The notes beneath the pieces were generated by a model. It was not told where the DNA came from. It searched no databases and saw only the letters and a list, made by a program, of their open reading frames with translations. Below are positions 12,077 through 22,300 of a DNA stretch of 44,655 nt, piece by piece. Made by a program: the position numbers and the translations under genes. Position 1 is the first letter of the stretch. Each line of letters opens with the position of its first letter. Origin of the DNA: Macrostomum lignano (lineage: Eukaryota); contig NIVC01000167.1 in assembly GCA_002269645.1 (NCBI GenBank), positions 1 to 44,655 of the forward strand, given 5' to 3'.

Positions 12077-12440
12077 CTTGATTGCACCATAGTTGGGACT
12101 TGATTGCACCATAGTTGGGACTTGATTGCACCATAGTTGGGACTTAACTGCACCATAGTTGGGACTTCTCTGCATCATAGTTGGGACTCGATTGCATCAG
12201 AGTTGGGACCTGATTGCATCATAGTTGGGACCTGATTGCTCCAGAGTTGGGACTTAACTGCACCATAATTGGAACTTGATTGCATCATAGTTGGGACCTG
12301 ATTGCTCCAGAGTTGGGACTTAACTGCACCATAATTGGAACTTGATTGCATCATAGTTGGGACCTGATTGCTCCAGAGTTGGGACTTAACTGCACCATAA
12401 TTGGAACTTGATTGCATCAGAGTTGGGACTTGATTGCACC
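12077..12440. repeat. 22-bp minisatellite (cttgattgcaccatagttggga)n with a 66-bp superperiod, immediately upstream of the JMJD5 acceptor
   Basis: Directly visible; variants taactgcac and ctccagag recur every three units at ~12230-12420. Confidence 0.95.
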
Positions 12441-12462
12441 AGTCTATATAATCCCTTCGCAG

Positions 12463-14219
12463 CCGGACGAGCTGCTGGCTGACTTCCTGTCCGGTTGCGT
12501 GGATTTCCCGCCGGCTGACGCGGACGTGGCTCCGCTGGTGCTGTACGAATTCGGCCGCCTAATGGACCGATTCGCCTCGACGGAACTTCGGCCGGATGAA
12601 GCGGAGAATCTGGCTGCCGATTGCCGCTCTATGCAGGAGCTGGCCTGGCACCGGCTGCATACCGGCCACTGGAAGGACGTGCCGGTGTTCTGGCGCCGGC
12701 TCTACGCCCGCCTGGCTTTCATTGTCGTCTGGCTTGGCCAGCAGCAGCGCCAAGCTGCCGACAGTCAGGTCGGTGACGAGCGCCTGCACGAACTCCTGGC
12801 CGTCTGCGACCGCGGCCTGCTGCTCGGGCACCCGCTGGCCCAGCTGGCCGGCCTGGCCGATCGGCTGCACGCACGGCTCCCCGCTGTGCCTGCCTGCCCG
12901 CCCTGCCGCTGCTGTCCGCTGGCTGAAGCCACTCGCGACTGGCCCGCTGCGTCCGCCGGGCCGGCCCGCGGTCGCACGGTCGTCCGGCTGACTCGGCCGT
13001 CCTTAGAAGAGTTCGGCCGCCTTAAAGAGCCAGTCATTGTATGCGGCGTCATGGACCACTGGCCGGCTATGCAGCGCTGGGACTGGCGGTACCTGCTGGA
13101 CAGATGGGGCCACCGAACTGTGCCTGTGAGATAGCACACGATTTACGATAGCAAATTCTTAGTAACACATTCCTAATAGCATATTCCCAATAACACATTC
13201 CCAGTAACACATTCCCAATAACACATTTCCAAAAGAAAATTCCCGATGGCACATTCCCGATGGCACATTCCCGATAGCACATTCCCGATGGCACATTCCC
13301 GATGGCACATTCCCGATGGCACATTCCCGATGGCACATTCCCGATAGCACATTCCCGATGGCACATTCCCGATGGCACATTCTCGATGGCACATTCCCGA
13401 TAGCACATTCCCGATGGCACATTCCCGATAGCACATTCCCGATGGCACATTCCCGATGGCATATTCCCGATGGCACATTCCCGGTGTCACATTCCCGATG
13501 GCACATTCTCGATGGCACATTCTTGATGGCACATTCCCGATAGCACATTCCCGATGGCACATTCCCGATGGCACATTCTCGATGGCACATTCCCGATAGC
13601 ATATCCAGATAGTAGATTCCAATTCACTCTAACCGCCTTCATCAAGATCGAGATCGGTTCCCGCTACACAGACGACGACTGGGGCCAGCAGCTGATGCCG
13701 CTCAGCGAATTTTTTAGCCGCTTCGTGGCGCCCCGATGCGCCGCTGCCGCCGACTCCGGTCCCAAGGCCTGCGAGCGGCTGCCCTGTGGCTACCTGGCGC
13801 AGCACGGCCTGCTGGACCAGCTGCCCGACCTGGCCAGCGACACGGACGTGCCCGACTACTGCTGCCTAGGCGACGGCGAGCCCGACGTCAACTGCTGGTT
13901 CGGTCCGCCGCACACCGTGTCGCCCTGTCACCAAGATCCCAAACCGAATCTGCTCTGCCAGGTGCGCGGATTCAAAGCTGTCCGCCTTTACCCGGCGGAG
14001 CAGTCGGACCGGCTCTACCCGGTTGGCGGCGGGCACCTCCTGGCCGGCACCAGCCGCATCGATGTGGAGCGGCCCGACCTGGCCGAGTTTCCCCTGTTCG
14101 ACGGAGCTGACGAACTGCTGGCGCTGCTCGGGCCAGGCGAGGCGCTGTTCATCCCGGCCGGCTGGTGGCACCACGTGCGCAGCCTGTCCTGCAGCCTGAG
14201 CGTCAGCTTCTGGTTTTAA
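12463..14219 (+). CDS. KDM8: JmjC domain protein JMJD5/KDM8 (2-oxoglutarate/Fe(II) hydroxylase). Exons 12463-13125 and 13647-14219, 411 aa plus an unlocated start.
   Basis: Motifs AWHRLHTGHWKDVPVFWRRLY, DHWPAMQRW, RTVP|IEIGSRYTDDDWGQQLM, GYLAQHGLLDQ, WFGPPHTVSPCHQDP and WWHHVRSLSCSLSVSFWF* match the JMJD5 family, with the HxD...H triad intact. Splice sites: CCT|GTGAGA and ttcatcaag|ATC, phase 0; upstream acceptor cccttcgcag|CCG. Confidence 0.92.
13160..13600. repeat. 14-bp intronic minisatellite (attcccgatggcac)n in the JMJD5 intron
   Basis: Directly visible; it explains the spurious MCHRECAIGNVPSG ORFs. Confidence 0.96.
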
Positions 14220-14280
14220 GTTGGACCTGCAGCTCTGGCTTGCGATAGCTTCTGACCAACCCGGCAGTTGTGTGGGTTGG

Positions 14281-14480
14281 ATTGGAGTACAGTAGAGTAG
14301 AATGGAGTACAGTAGGGTAGAATGGAGTACAGTAGGGTAGATTGGAGTACAGTAGGGTAGATTGGAGTACAGTAGGGTAGATTGGAGTACAGTAGGGTAG
14401 ATTGGAGTACAGTAGGGTAGATTGGAGTACAGTAGGGTAGATTGGAGTACAGTAGGGTAGATTGGAGTACAGTAGGGCAG
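14281..14480. repeat. 20-bp minisatellite (attggagtacagtagggtag)n, ~10 copies, just 3' of the JMJD5 stop
   Basis: Directly visible. Confidence 0.96.
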
Positions 14481-15482
14481 ATTATAGTACTAGTTCGTGA
14501 ACCATTTAAGTGTACGATTTGGCATTTTCTGTGCTTTCTTTAGGTTTCCTTACTTTTCTAATCCATGTCTAATAAGTTTGAGAATAATTCAGACTGATTT
14601 AGAAACCGTTGGGTTGAGTCGCAATGAAAATGATGATCACTGCTTGCTAATAATGCTTTAAGCTTAATTTTTTGCCTGTAAAACCGGATGTTTGGCTGGG
14701 TGTTTAAATGTAAGTTAACCAACAAGTACGAGTAAATTCTGAGCTTACTGACTGTAGCAGTGAAAATTAATGTACATGTACAAGAATATGTTTGGTTTGC
14801 CATGATGTAAAACACTGCTTTTTATATTGTATCTATTGCTAATAGTAAAATGTTATTATGTAAGTCCGAAACCTTCTGGCTTAGCGTGATAATTATGGGC
14901 ATTTAGAGCCGGGCCCGTAAAAAAAAGTGGATTGCTTAGCAACTTTATCAGTCATTGTTGAACTTCCTCTGAAGCTTGAGTGCATAACACTCGAGAAATC
15001 CGAAAGGATTATTTTCGAAAGAATCACTAATCCACAGCAATACGCAGTAAGTCTTAGATGATGAAAGAAATACGGCGACCATGTAGATGTCCATGAAGAT
15101 GTGTAAGTTCCAAGCCTGCCGGACCAATTTCCAGGCTGCTCTGTCTGTCAGAACTTCCAGCGCTTCATTGCTCGAGGAAGTTGAAAGCTACGCTCGTAAT
15201 TGCTTGATTGCTTTAAGTGGTTAACAGAAACTTCTAAGTTTGCGTACTCAATTTTTGGAAACCAACTAGAGACTGGATCAGTTGCATCCACTGGAATCCA
15301 CCGTGGTGACTCACTTGTACTGAGCGCCTTCCAGAGAGTCTAATGAATTCGGTAAAAATACTGTGTCGTAAAGTTGCTGCCATACTCAAATGACAACCTA
15401 CCAGACCACTAGGGTGCAAGGCTTTGATAAGCGTGAATCCATTGTGTGCTCGGTTGCACAGCGCAATGCTAGCACTGTTATC

Positions 15483-15774
15483 CAGGGGCGTCGCCATGGA
15501 TTTTATGGTGGGGGGGGGCCAAAGCCAAGAATTTTGCATGTACGTGTAAATTACCAAATTCCTGCATGTACATTATTTTGAGAATCGGTGTTGTCAGCAT
15601 TTATTTTGGCGCCGCAGACACTCATTTTAGCGCAGCAGGCACTCGTTTTGGTGCCACATGTGCTATATTTTTGCACCCTGAAAAAAATTATTGATTTTCA
15701 CAAGGGGTCACAAGGCTGCCATAGCTTTTACTGGGGGGGGACATGTCCCCCCCCAGTACGTGGCGACGCCCCTG
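15483..15774. mobile_element. 292-bp non-autonomous hAT-type MITE
   Basis: 14-bp TIRs caggggcgtcgcca (15483) and tggcgacgcccctg (15761-15774), with an exact 8-bp target-site duplication ctgttatc at 15475-15482 and 15775-15782. 8-bp TSDs are typical of hAT elements. Confidence 0.85.
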
Positions 15775-16711
15775 CTGTTATCGATGACGACATCCAACCG
15801 ACTACTTGGATAAAATCAGTCGGAGAAAGCTCACTTTATTAACACATCTATTTTGCTTGATCGCGGCAAAGGCGCATCGGTTATAACACTCATTGTACAC
15901 TCATTGCCGATCCAATGGAAGGATCGGACAGCGAAAGCGCCGCTCTGGTAAATCACTTCCAATTCGGGAGCGATTTCTATTGTCTATGGTCGAACCCCGT
16001 TTCTCAAGACTGATGCTCATGGTGTGTTGTGATCACGAAAAAACTGGCTTAATAGTTTGACGTCGGTGTGAGCGAACCTCAAGGCTGAAGGTGATTTTAC
16101 TTTCTATCAGTCAGAAAGCTGATCGGTTTTCCCTGAAACAATCCTAATGTTCAGGGCTAACAAAACATTGACACAGCCTCGAAAAATGCGCGAGATTTTT
16201 TTGCTGAGAGTCAATATTTAGTAACAAAACTGTTTCTCTACACTTAATTGCATCCCAGCAGGATTGGAAAATCTAAGCGCATGGTGTCACGGATTGCAAA
16301 TATTACAATTTTAATAACCTCGCGCGTCAGAAGAGGAGGAGTTTTGTTGAGTTGGAGTGCGACCAGCAACAGGACTTCTTAAGTAAAAGAGTGCAACGTC
16401 CTACCTACTAGCTAGTTGTCCTTGACTTGCAGGCGGAAATTATCGTTCAGAGTTTATGGAAAGTGGGCGCTCAGCAAACAAAAGTTTTCGTGCCGTGTGG
16501 GTGCGGAAGCAGTCCCGAATTTTCATTTCCTGCGTCAGTCCACCACCTAGAAGAAGATGGGCCAAGAATTCCAGCCTGCCAAATATCCTGTTCAACAATC
16601 TCTTTAGAAACTATATATACAGGTGCGTTTCGGATCGGAATTGTCTTGCATTGTCCATTCTGAGCGACTTCTGATCCCAGACTCCGGTTCTACGCAAGCA
16701 ATTCGACGGCG

Positions 16712-18527
16712 ATGGCTTTTGTGTTCGGTAAGTATAAACTGGCTGACAGACTGAACCACCTTCTCTTCATCTGCTCTAACAGCGCTCAAACCGAAACTTG
16801 TCTGCAGCTCTCATTTGGGCTTTGGTTGCCACGTCAACCATGGCCAGCGGCGAGCTGGTGACCCTGACGGCCGAGCAGAAGCAGGCCATTCTGGACGCGC
16901 ACAACGTGCTGAGGGCCCGGACTGCGATGGGTCTCGTCGGGAACCAGCCGAAGGCTGCCAATATGCCAGCTCTGGTGAGTGCCGCTTCCCTCCCTCGCTA
17001 GGCTGTTCTCCTCAGCGGTAAACGCGTCTGAAACTTGGCGTCACGAACTCTGGTTCAATGCCGTGCAAGCTGGGGCTTGTCCACTAAAATTGGAGGGGGG
17101 GTTATCGTGCGGTTTGCACCAATCAGGGCCAACCTTTAAGGCTCAGAGTGTACATGCCTGACTATTTGCAAGTCCGAGGACGCTGTGCACCCTGGGTGAG
17201 CGTGTGTAAGAGTGCGTGCCTGCCCACAGTATTGACGCGCTTAGCCTAGCGGTGTGACAGAATTGTCCAGAAGCCCTCCCGCAAATATTATTATTATCTA
17301 GCTATTCCTCTGCTATCATTACCAGCCCTGGTGGGTGCAACCAGCTGCTATCGCTAATCACCTTCCTTTCTCCTTCGCAGGAGTGGGACGACCGCCTGAT
17401 GGACAGCGCCAACAACTGGGTGAAGCAGTGCGTGGCCGGACATGACAGCGGATCCGACCGAGCCCTGACCGGATATAGCTGGGTTGGCCAGAACTGGGCC
17501 GGCGGATACAGCGGCAACTTCAGCTAGTGCGTCTTGTGCAATATTGCAAGAATACGTTGTCAGATTATGATTTCCAGAATTGAGCACTTGTATGCTAACT
17601 CACTTTGCTCACCGTTACAGCTACGTTGACTTGTGGTTCCGCGAGTACAAGGATTACACCTTCGCTACTAAGTCTTGCTCGGCAGTGTGCGGCCATTACA
17701 CCCAGGTCGTGTGGGCCAAGACCACATTGGTTGGCTGCGGCGTCTCCAGGTGCAGCAACTACCCGTACACCATTGTGTGCAACTACGCCACAGGCGGCAA
17801 CTACAATGGCGAATATCCATACGTGAGCGGCGACGATGCCAGCCAGTGCAACGGCGAATACGTGTTCAAGCAGCGCGGCCTCTGCATGCGCAAGGACCAG
17901 TGCAACTCCGGCGACTGCACCTGCAGCATCTCGAGCTGCTTGAACGGCGGCGTTTTGGACTCCGCCAACTGCAAGTGCACCTGCCCGGACGGCTTCTACG
18001 GAAACAAATGCGAGAGTGAGTTGCCGTAGAATCTAGGAGCTAAGCCTCTGGGGGAACGGAGTGGCTCGGCTGATGTGCCAAAGGTTCGATGCTCAGCCGT
18101 TGGCTTGTGCATAAGCTGTGTGTACATGCCTGACCATGTGAACGTCAGGGCCGCTGTATACTCTGTGTGAGTGCGTGCCTGCGTACGTATGCGCGTGCTC
18201 AGGGCATGATTGCCTGCTTCCTCGCTGGCTGCGGCTCCACTGTCGTCTTGATCTGCGGCAGCGTCTAAAACTATGGCCCTTACTAAAAACTTATTGAGCT
18301 CGTGGTGAAATGACTGACAACCCCCAACCCTGTCCTGCCCCCGCAACTTTGCAGAGCCGTGCGTCGACTCCACCCTCGCTAGCGACTACTGCAGCTACAG
18401 CACCATCTGCAGCTACAGCAGCTACGCGCCCAGGTGCCCCAAGAAGTGCAACCTGTGCAAGCCGGTCACGCTGCGCGATCTCAACGTGGTGAACAGGGAC
18501 AACGTGAAGAGCCGATCGCCCATGTGA
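16712..18527 (+). CDS. Secreted CAP/SCP (CRISP/venom-allergen-like) protein with C-terminal Cys-rich, EGF-like and ShKT modules. Exons 16712-16727, 16808-16974, 17381-17526, 17621-18015, 18355-18527; ~298 aa.
   Basis: Signal peptide MAFVFALIWALVATSTMASG; CAP motifs ILDAHNVLR, EWDDRL, VGQNW, WFRE, CGHYTQVVWAKT, VGCG, IVCNY..GGN; EGF CLNGG...CKCTCPDGFYGNKCE; ShKT CVD...C...C...CPKKCNLC. All four introns are GT-AG with matching phases (1,0,2,1). Confidence 0.9.
17001..17298 (+). mobile_element. tRNA-derived SINE-like insertion in CAP intron 2
   Basis: A-box-like tcctcagcggta, B-box-like ggttcaatgcc (17052-17062) and an (att)n tail at 17286-17297. Body motifs are shared with CAP intron 4 and with ~20500-20600. 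Confidence 0.55.
18035..18290 (+). mobile_element. Second, diverged copy of the same SINE-like family in CAP intron 4
   Basis: B-box-like ggttcgatgc. gtgtacatgcctgac (18120-18134) is identical to 17148-17162 and gagtgcgtgcctgc (18169-18182) is identical to 17210-17223. Confidence 0.5.
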
Positions 18528-18626
18528 ACGGACACCAAACTGCCGGATTGAACTCTCTCAATGCTAGCCTTCCAATACTGGTGGTGGTGTAGAATTCTGA
18601 GTTGGCGATGCTGACTGGTTGGTTGA

Positions 18627-18632
18627 AATAAA
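18627..18632 (+). promoter_or_regulatory. Candidate polyadenylation signal of the CAP gene
   Basis: AATAAA ~100 nt after the TGA, followed by T-rich sequence. Confidence 0.5.
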
Positions 18633-20494
18633 TCTGCTTTGAGTCTAAGTCTGCCTAAACTCTAAATACTTCCTATTTGTTTTGGTTATTTTAGCCAGCA
18701 TAAAATTCAATACTTCAAGCTTTAAAAAGTCGGGATAGAAGTACCGAAAAAAGAGATTTCAATAGATTTCTCTTCTTGCTAGCATACAAGTCAGCAATGT
18801 GAGACTAAATGATTGTTAGAAACTAGATACACACGGACAATTTCTTTTTTGTATTGCGGATTGTGGGGTTGAAAATGTTGATGCCAAATTAGTCTGAAAA
18901 TTGACCTGGCAGCAGTGCAGTGAGCACACAACGATGTTTTCTCTCTTTACGCCTGTTCATCTCCCTCAGCTGCAGTGGGTGATAATAGGGAAAATGCGGG
19001 TCTTTGTGAACTCATGTGGGCTGAGATTTTCAATGACGCCACAGCCTTTGCTGAACAAGCTCTGAATTGAGTGGCTGACACCCCTTTTTAGTCAGTCTTA
19101 GTGAGCCTGGCAACCTCTACTAGCCAGCGAGGAGGCAAGCAGCCGTGCCATCCCGCTAACCCCTGTGCACACGGATCTGTGCGCACAGGGTGTACACCCG
19201 TCTGACCTCATGGTCTCATATACTGATTCAATGACCAAACCGAGGGCGAGTCAGTCTGGCAATGCTGAGCGTAGCTAAACGAGAACACGTGGTGTCTCAA
19301 AAGCTGACAGATCGTTGAGTGGTAAAGATAAGAACGTGAGCCTGATGCCTGACACGAAGCGAAACATGTCGCTTACCAAAAAGTGATAGCGCTCAAATTC
19401 TTATTTTCACTATTCATCAAGGGCGCAACTTTACCGCAATATTGCTTTGAAATGGTAAAGAGCATTCTAGCCTCACTGTTGTGTAGTGCGTCTATCAGGT
19501 TCTGCGGACACACCTTCCGCCAATCTGGCACAGAACTAGATTGCCTGTTGAGGCTCTTATCACCGCTAAGAAGCTTGAAAAACCTTCAGTTCTACGTGTG
19601 AACAGCCAAGGAGATCTTGAATTAGAATCTGGAGTGACAACTTTTCCTCATTATCCGACAAATAGAGGCAAATTTTGGCATTTTCTTGTAGAAACGCGAG
19701 GAGTTGCTACTCTAGATTCTTGTTGACGGCCTCCTCGGACCAGCTGGAATGAGTCAGGCCGGCCGTGGGCCTCACAGATAAGGAAGACCAGATTACGCCG
19801 CTTCTCTGGCTGTTATGCCCCCCGCTGCAGCCAATATAAGCGGTGCAGCGAGCGGAGTTCACAATAGCGCACCCGACCAGTGTTTCAGTTTCTCAGCATT
19901 TCCGCGGCGCTGCCCAACCGATTTAAAGCGACCAAGGAAAGCTTATAAAGCAGTTGTTTTCACTAGCTTCAAACAGGTACGAGGCGAGTTGATTGATTCT
20001 CTTAATGAGGTCATGAGTGAGTTAATCAGTGAGTTCATGAGTTCATGGGTGAGCTCGTGAGTTCAAATAATGAGCCAAGGTGTGTTCGATGTAATTAGTA
20101 GGAGGAGAGCAAATCGTGGCTAAGAATTTTGAAAGATGAATACGTAAAACTAATCACGTCTAAGTCTCTCCTATATTTTAAGTAGATGGGAGAACAGATA
20201 TATATCCTCATTTTATTTACTTCGCTCCCATTGGCTGTGACAATAGGCGGAATAGCATCCATTTAAACCTAGGGCTCACGCCAAGGACTACCAATTAATG
20301 GTCCTCGAAGGGGATATTCAAAAGTCAACTCTAATAACACAGTCAGTTGAGTACATTGGGATGTACACTAAAGACATTCAGAATCAATGTAGGAGCTTAC
20401 ACACCATTCTTGCCTGCAACCGTCTTGTGCGCAACTCTAGCTTTGAAGAGCTCGCCTCCACATGCAGCCACGTTAATTTTGCCGAGAGGTGCAG

Positions 20495-20605
20495 CCTATG
20501 TGAGTGCCGTGAGCGTGTGTACTCAGGGGTCAGCGGATCGGGCATGACTGCTCGCCTCCTCTTTGGCTGCTGGATGACTGCCGTTTTGATTTTCAGCAGC
20601 ACCCA
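20495..20605 (+). mobile_element. Third fragment of the SINE-like family, upstream of PNP
   Basis: 20540-20600 aligns without gaps to 18202-18262 (gggcatga.tgc..gc.tcctc..tggctgc...actg.cgt.ttgat...gcagc). gtgagcgtgtgta at 20509 also occurs at 17196. Confidence 0.5.
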
Positions 20606-20682
20606 ATGCTCCCTGCAAACCTGGGCTAACTAGCTAGACTCTGCCTTTAGAACTCCTCATTCACCCCTCAGATCCCGTCGCT

Positions 20683-21822
20683 ATGGCAGCCCCGTGCACG
20701 GTTACCATGGAGATGATCACTGAAGCGACCGACTTTGTGCGCGCCCGCTACTCGGAGCAGCCGGAGATCGGGATCGTCTGCGGCTCTGGCCTGGGTGAAC
20801 TGGCCGACAGTGTCGAGGAGCCGGCTGTGCGCATCCGCTATGGCGACATCCCGCATTTCGCGCAGAGCACGGTGCACGGCCACTCCGGCGTGCTGGTGCT
20901 CGGCCGGCTGGCCGGCAGGCGGGTCTGCGTCATGCAGGGCCGGCTTCATCCCTACGAGGGCCTCACCTACCTGCAGTGCTCCTTCCCGATGCGGGTGATG
21001 GCCAAGCTGGGCGTGTCGGTGGTCATCTTGACCAACGCGGCCGGCTCACTGCGGCCTGAGTTCCAGCCAGGCGACATCATGACCATCCGGGATCACATTA
21101 ATTTTCCCGGCTTCTCCGGACGCAGCCCGTTGCAGGGCCTCAGCCCGGAGGTGTTCGGCGACCGATTCGTGCCGATGAATAATGCGTACGATAAGAAGCT
21201 GCGGGACAAGGTGAGAGGACTGCGACCCTACGGTGCTTTTTTGGGAGCCCACTTTACCGTAGCATGTTCACAGAATTCAACTGAAGGGAAGTGTTCTCAA
21301 CATCGGATCCTAACGTTTGAAGGTCAAATACTATTCACGGATAAATAAGTCGCTAATATTCGAAATTTACTTAGTCGCTGTCTCTGTCTTGAGCTCTGAA
21401 TCTACTACCGATGTGTGAATGACCATAAACAACTCCATGTCAAGCATCAATTGACTGACACGGCCGCCTTGCACCGTCCCGCTTTCCCGCAGGTGGCAGC
21501 CGCAGCCGCAGCCAGCGGAGTGTCGCTCCGCACCGGTGTCTACGCTATGCTGGGCGGGCCGCACTTCGAGACTCCGGCCGAGTGCCGAATGCTGCGCAGT
21601 CTGGGCGCGGACGTGGTCGGCATGAGCACCGTGCACGAGACCATCGTGGCCAGGCAGTGCAAAGTCCGCGTCATCGGCTTCTCCATCATCACCAACGTGG
21701 TGGTTACCGACTCGGACTCGGAGCTTGACCAGACCGGCGTGCACCTGGAGGTGCTCAAGGCCAGCAAGCTGGCCGCCAATCGGCTGCAGTCCATCATCGC
21801 CCACACCATCGACCAGTTGTAG
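20683..21822 (+). CDS. PNP: Purine nucleoside phosphorylase (eukaryotic trimeric type). Exons 20683-21210 and 21493-21822, 285 aa.
   Basis: Motifs IGIVCGSGLG, STVHGHSG.LVLG, MQGRLHPYEG, ILTNAAG, DHINFPG, GGPHFETPAE, LGADVVGMSTVHE and FSIITN (substrate-specificity Glu and catalytic Asn retained). Intron AAG|GTGAGA...ttcccgcag|GTG, phase 0. Confidence 0.95.
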
Positions 21823-21995
21823 CCAATGCTGTTCAGAGTCCGTATTGTGGGTCAAACTGCGAATGCCCGTACGCCACTGCATGAACTGCTGAATCCCTTC
21901 CTTAGGATGTTGCACCCGAGAGTTTGCTAGTCAGTTTTAAATGCTCCGATTTGCGAGTTCAGTCGACTTGACTCGATAAAGTCTCCGTGGTTTCG

Positions 21996-22001
21996 AATAA
22001 A
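21996..22001 (+). promoter_or_regulatory. Candidate polyadenylation signal of PNP
   Basis: AATAAA ~175 nt after the stop. Confidence 0.5.
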
Positions 22002-22207
22002 CTATAGTACAGCGATTTCTGCTTCAAAAACCAGTAAGCTGCTGCAGTTGATAAGCAGCTCGTACTGACTAAACCATAAGAATTGGTTTTTACCTTTTTT
22101 TCTATTTTATATTTCAATTCTAATAAGAATACGTTACAAATTTACCAACAAAGATGCCATGCGGAATTGATAAAGAATACACATTTTCTTCTCTTGTAGC
22201 TCTTCTT

Positions 22208-22299
22208 AGTTCCTCCCCTGGTGTCGCACAGCATCTCCCACCAGCTCAGTTCCTCCCCTGATGTCGCACAGCATCTCCCACCAGCTCAGTTCCTCCCCT
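22208..22299. repeat. 40-bp tandem duplication (~2.3 copies) directly after the RYK stop codon
   Basis: agttcctcccctg(g/a)tgtcgcacagcatctcccaccagctc is repeated. Confidence 0.9.
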
Positions 22300-22300
22300 C

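Noticed and set aside
12175-13622. ORFs made of SSNYGAVKSQLW and MCHRECAIGNVPSG repeats (Cys/His-rich, metal-binding-like)
   Set aside because: They are translations of 22- and 14-bp minisatellites whose units are not multiples of 3, lying in the JMJD5 upstream region and intron.
14950-16100. Moderate-GC sequence around the hAT MITE as a decayed transposon ORF or extra gene
   Set aside because: No recognisable motif or consistent exon structure could be supported by eye.
18900-19730. Hairpin ccctgtgcacac...gtgcgcacaggg (~19161-19190) and nearby sequence as an ncRNA or LTR
   Set aside because: It is a single short stem with no box motifs, termini or second copy identifiable; an Rfam/Infernal search would be needed.
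20660-20690. PNP acceptor cccctcag| as a second spliced-leader AUG start
   Set aside because: PNP has its own ATG 11 nt downstream, so an SL AUG would be out of frame. A candidate cis donor (aaacag|gtacga, ~19976) offers an ordinary 5' UTR intron.
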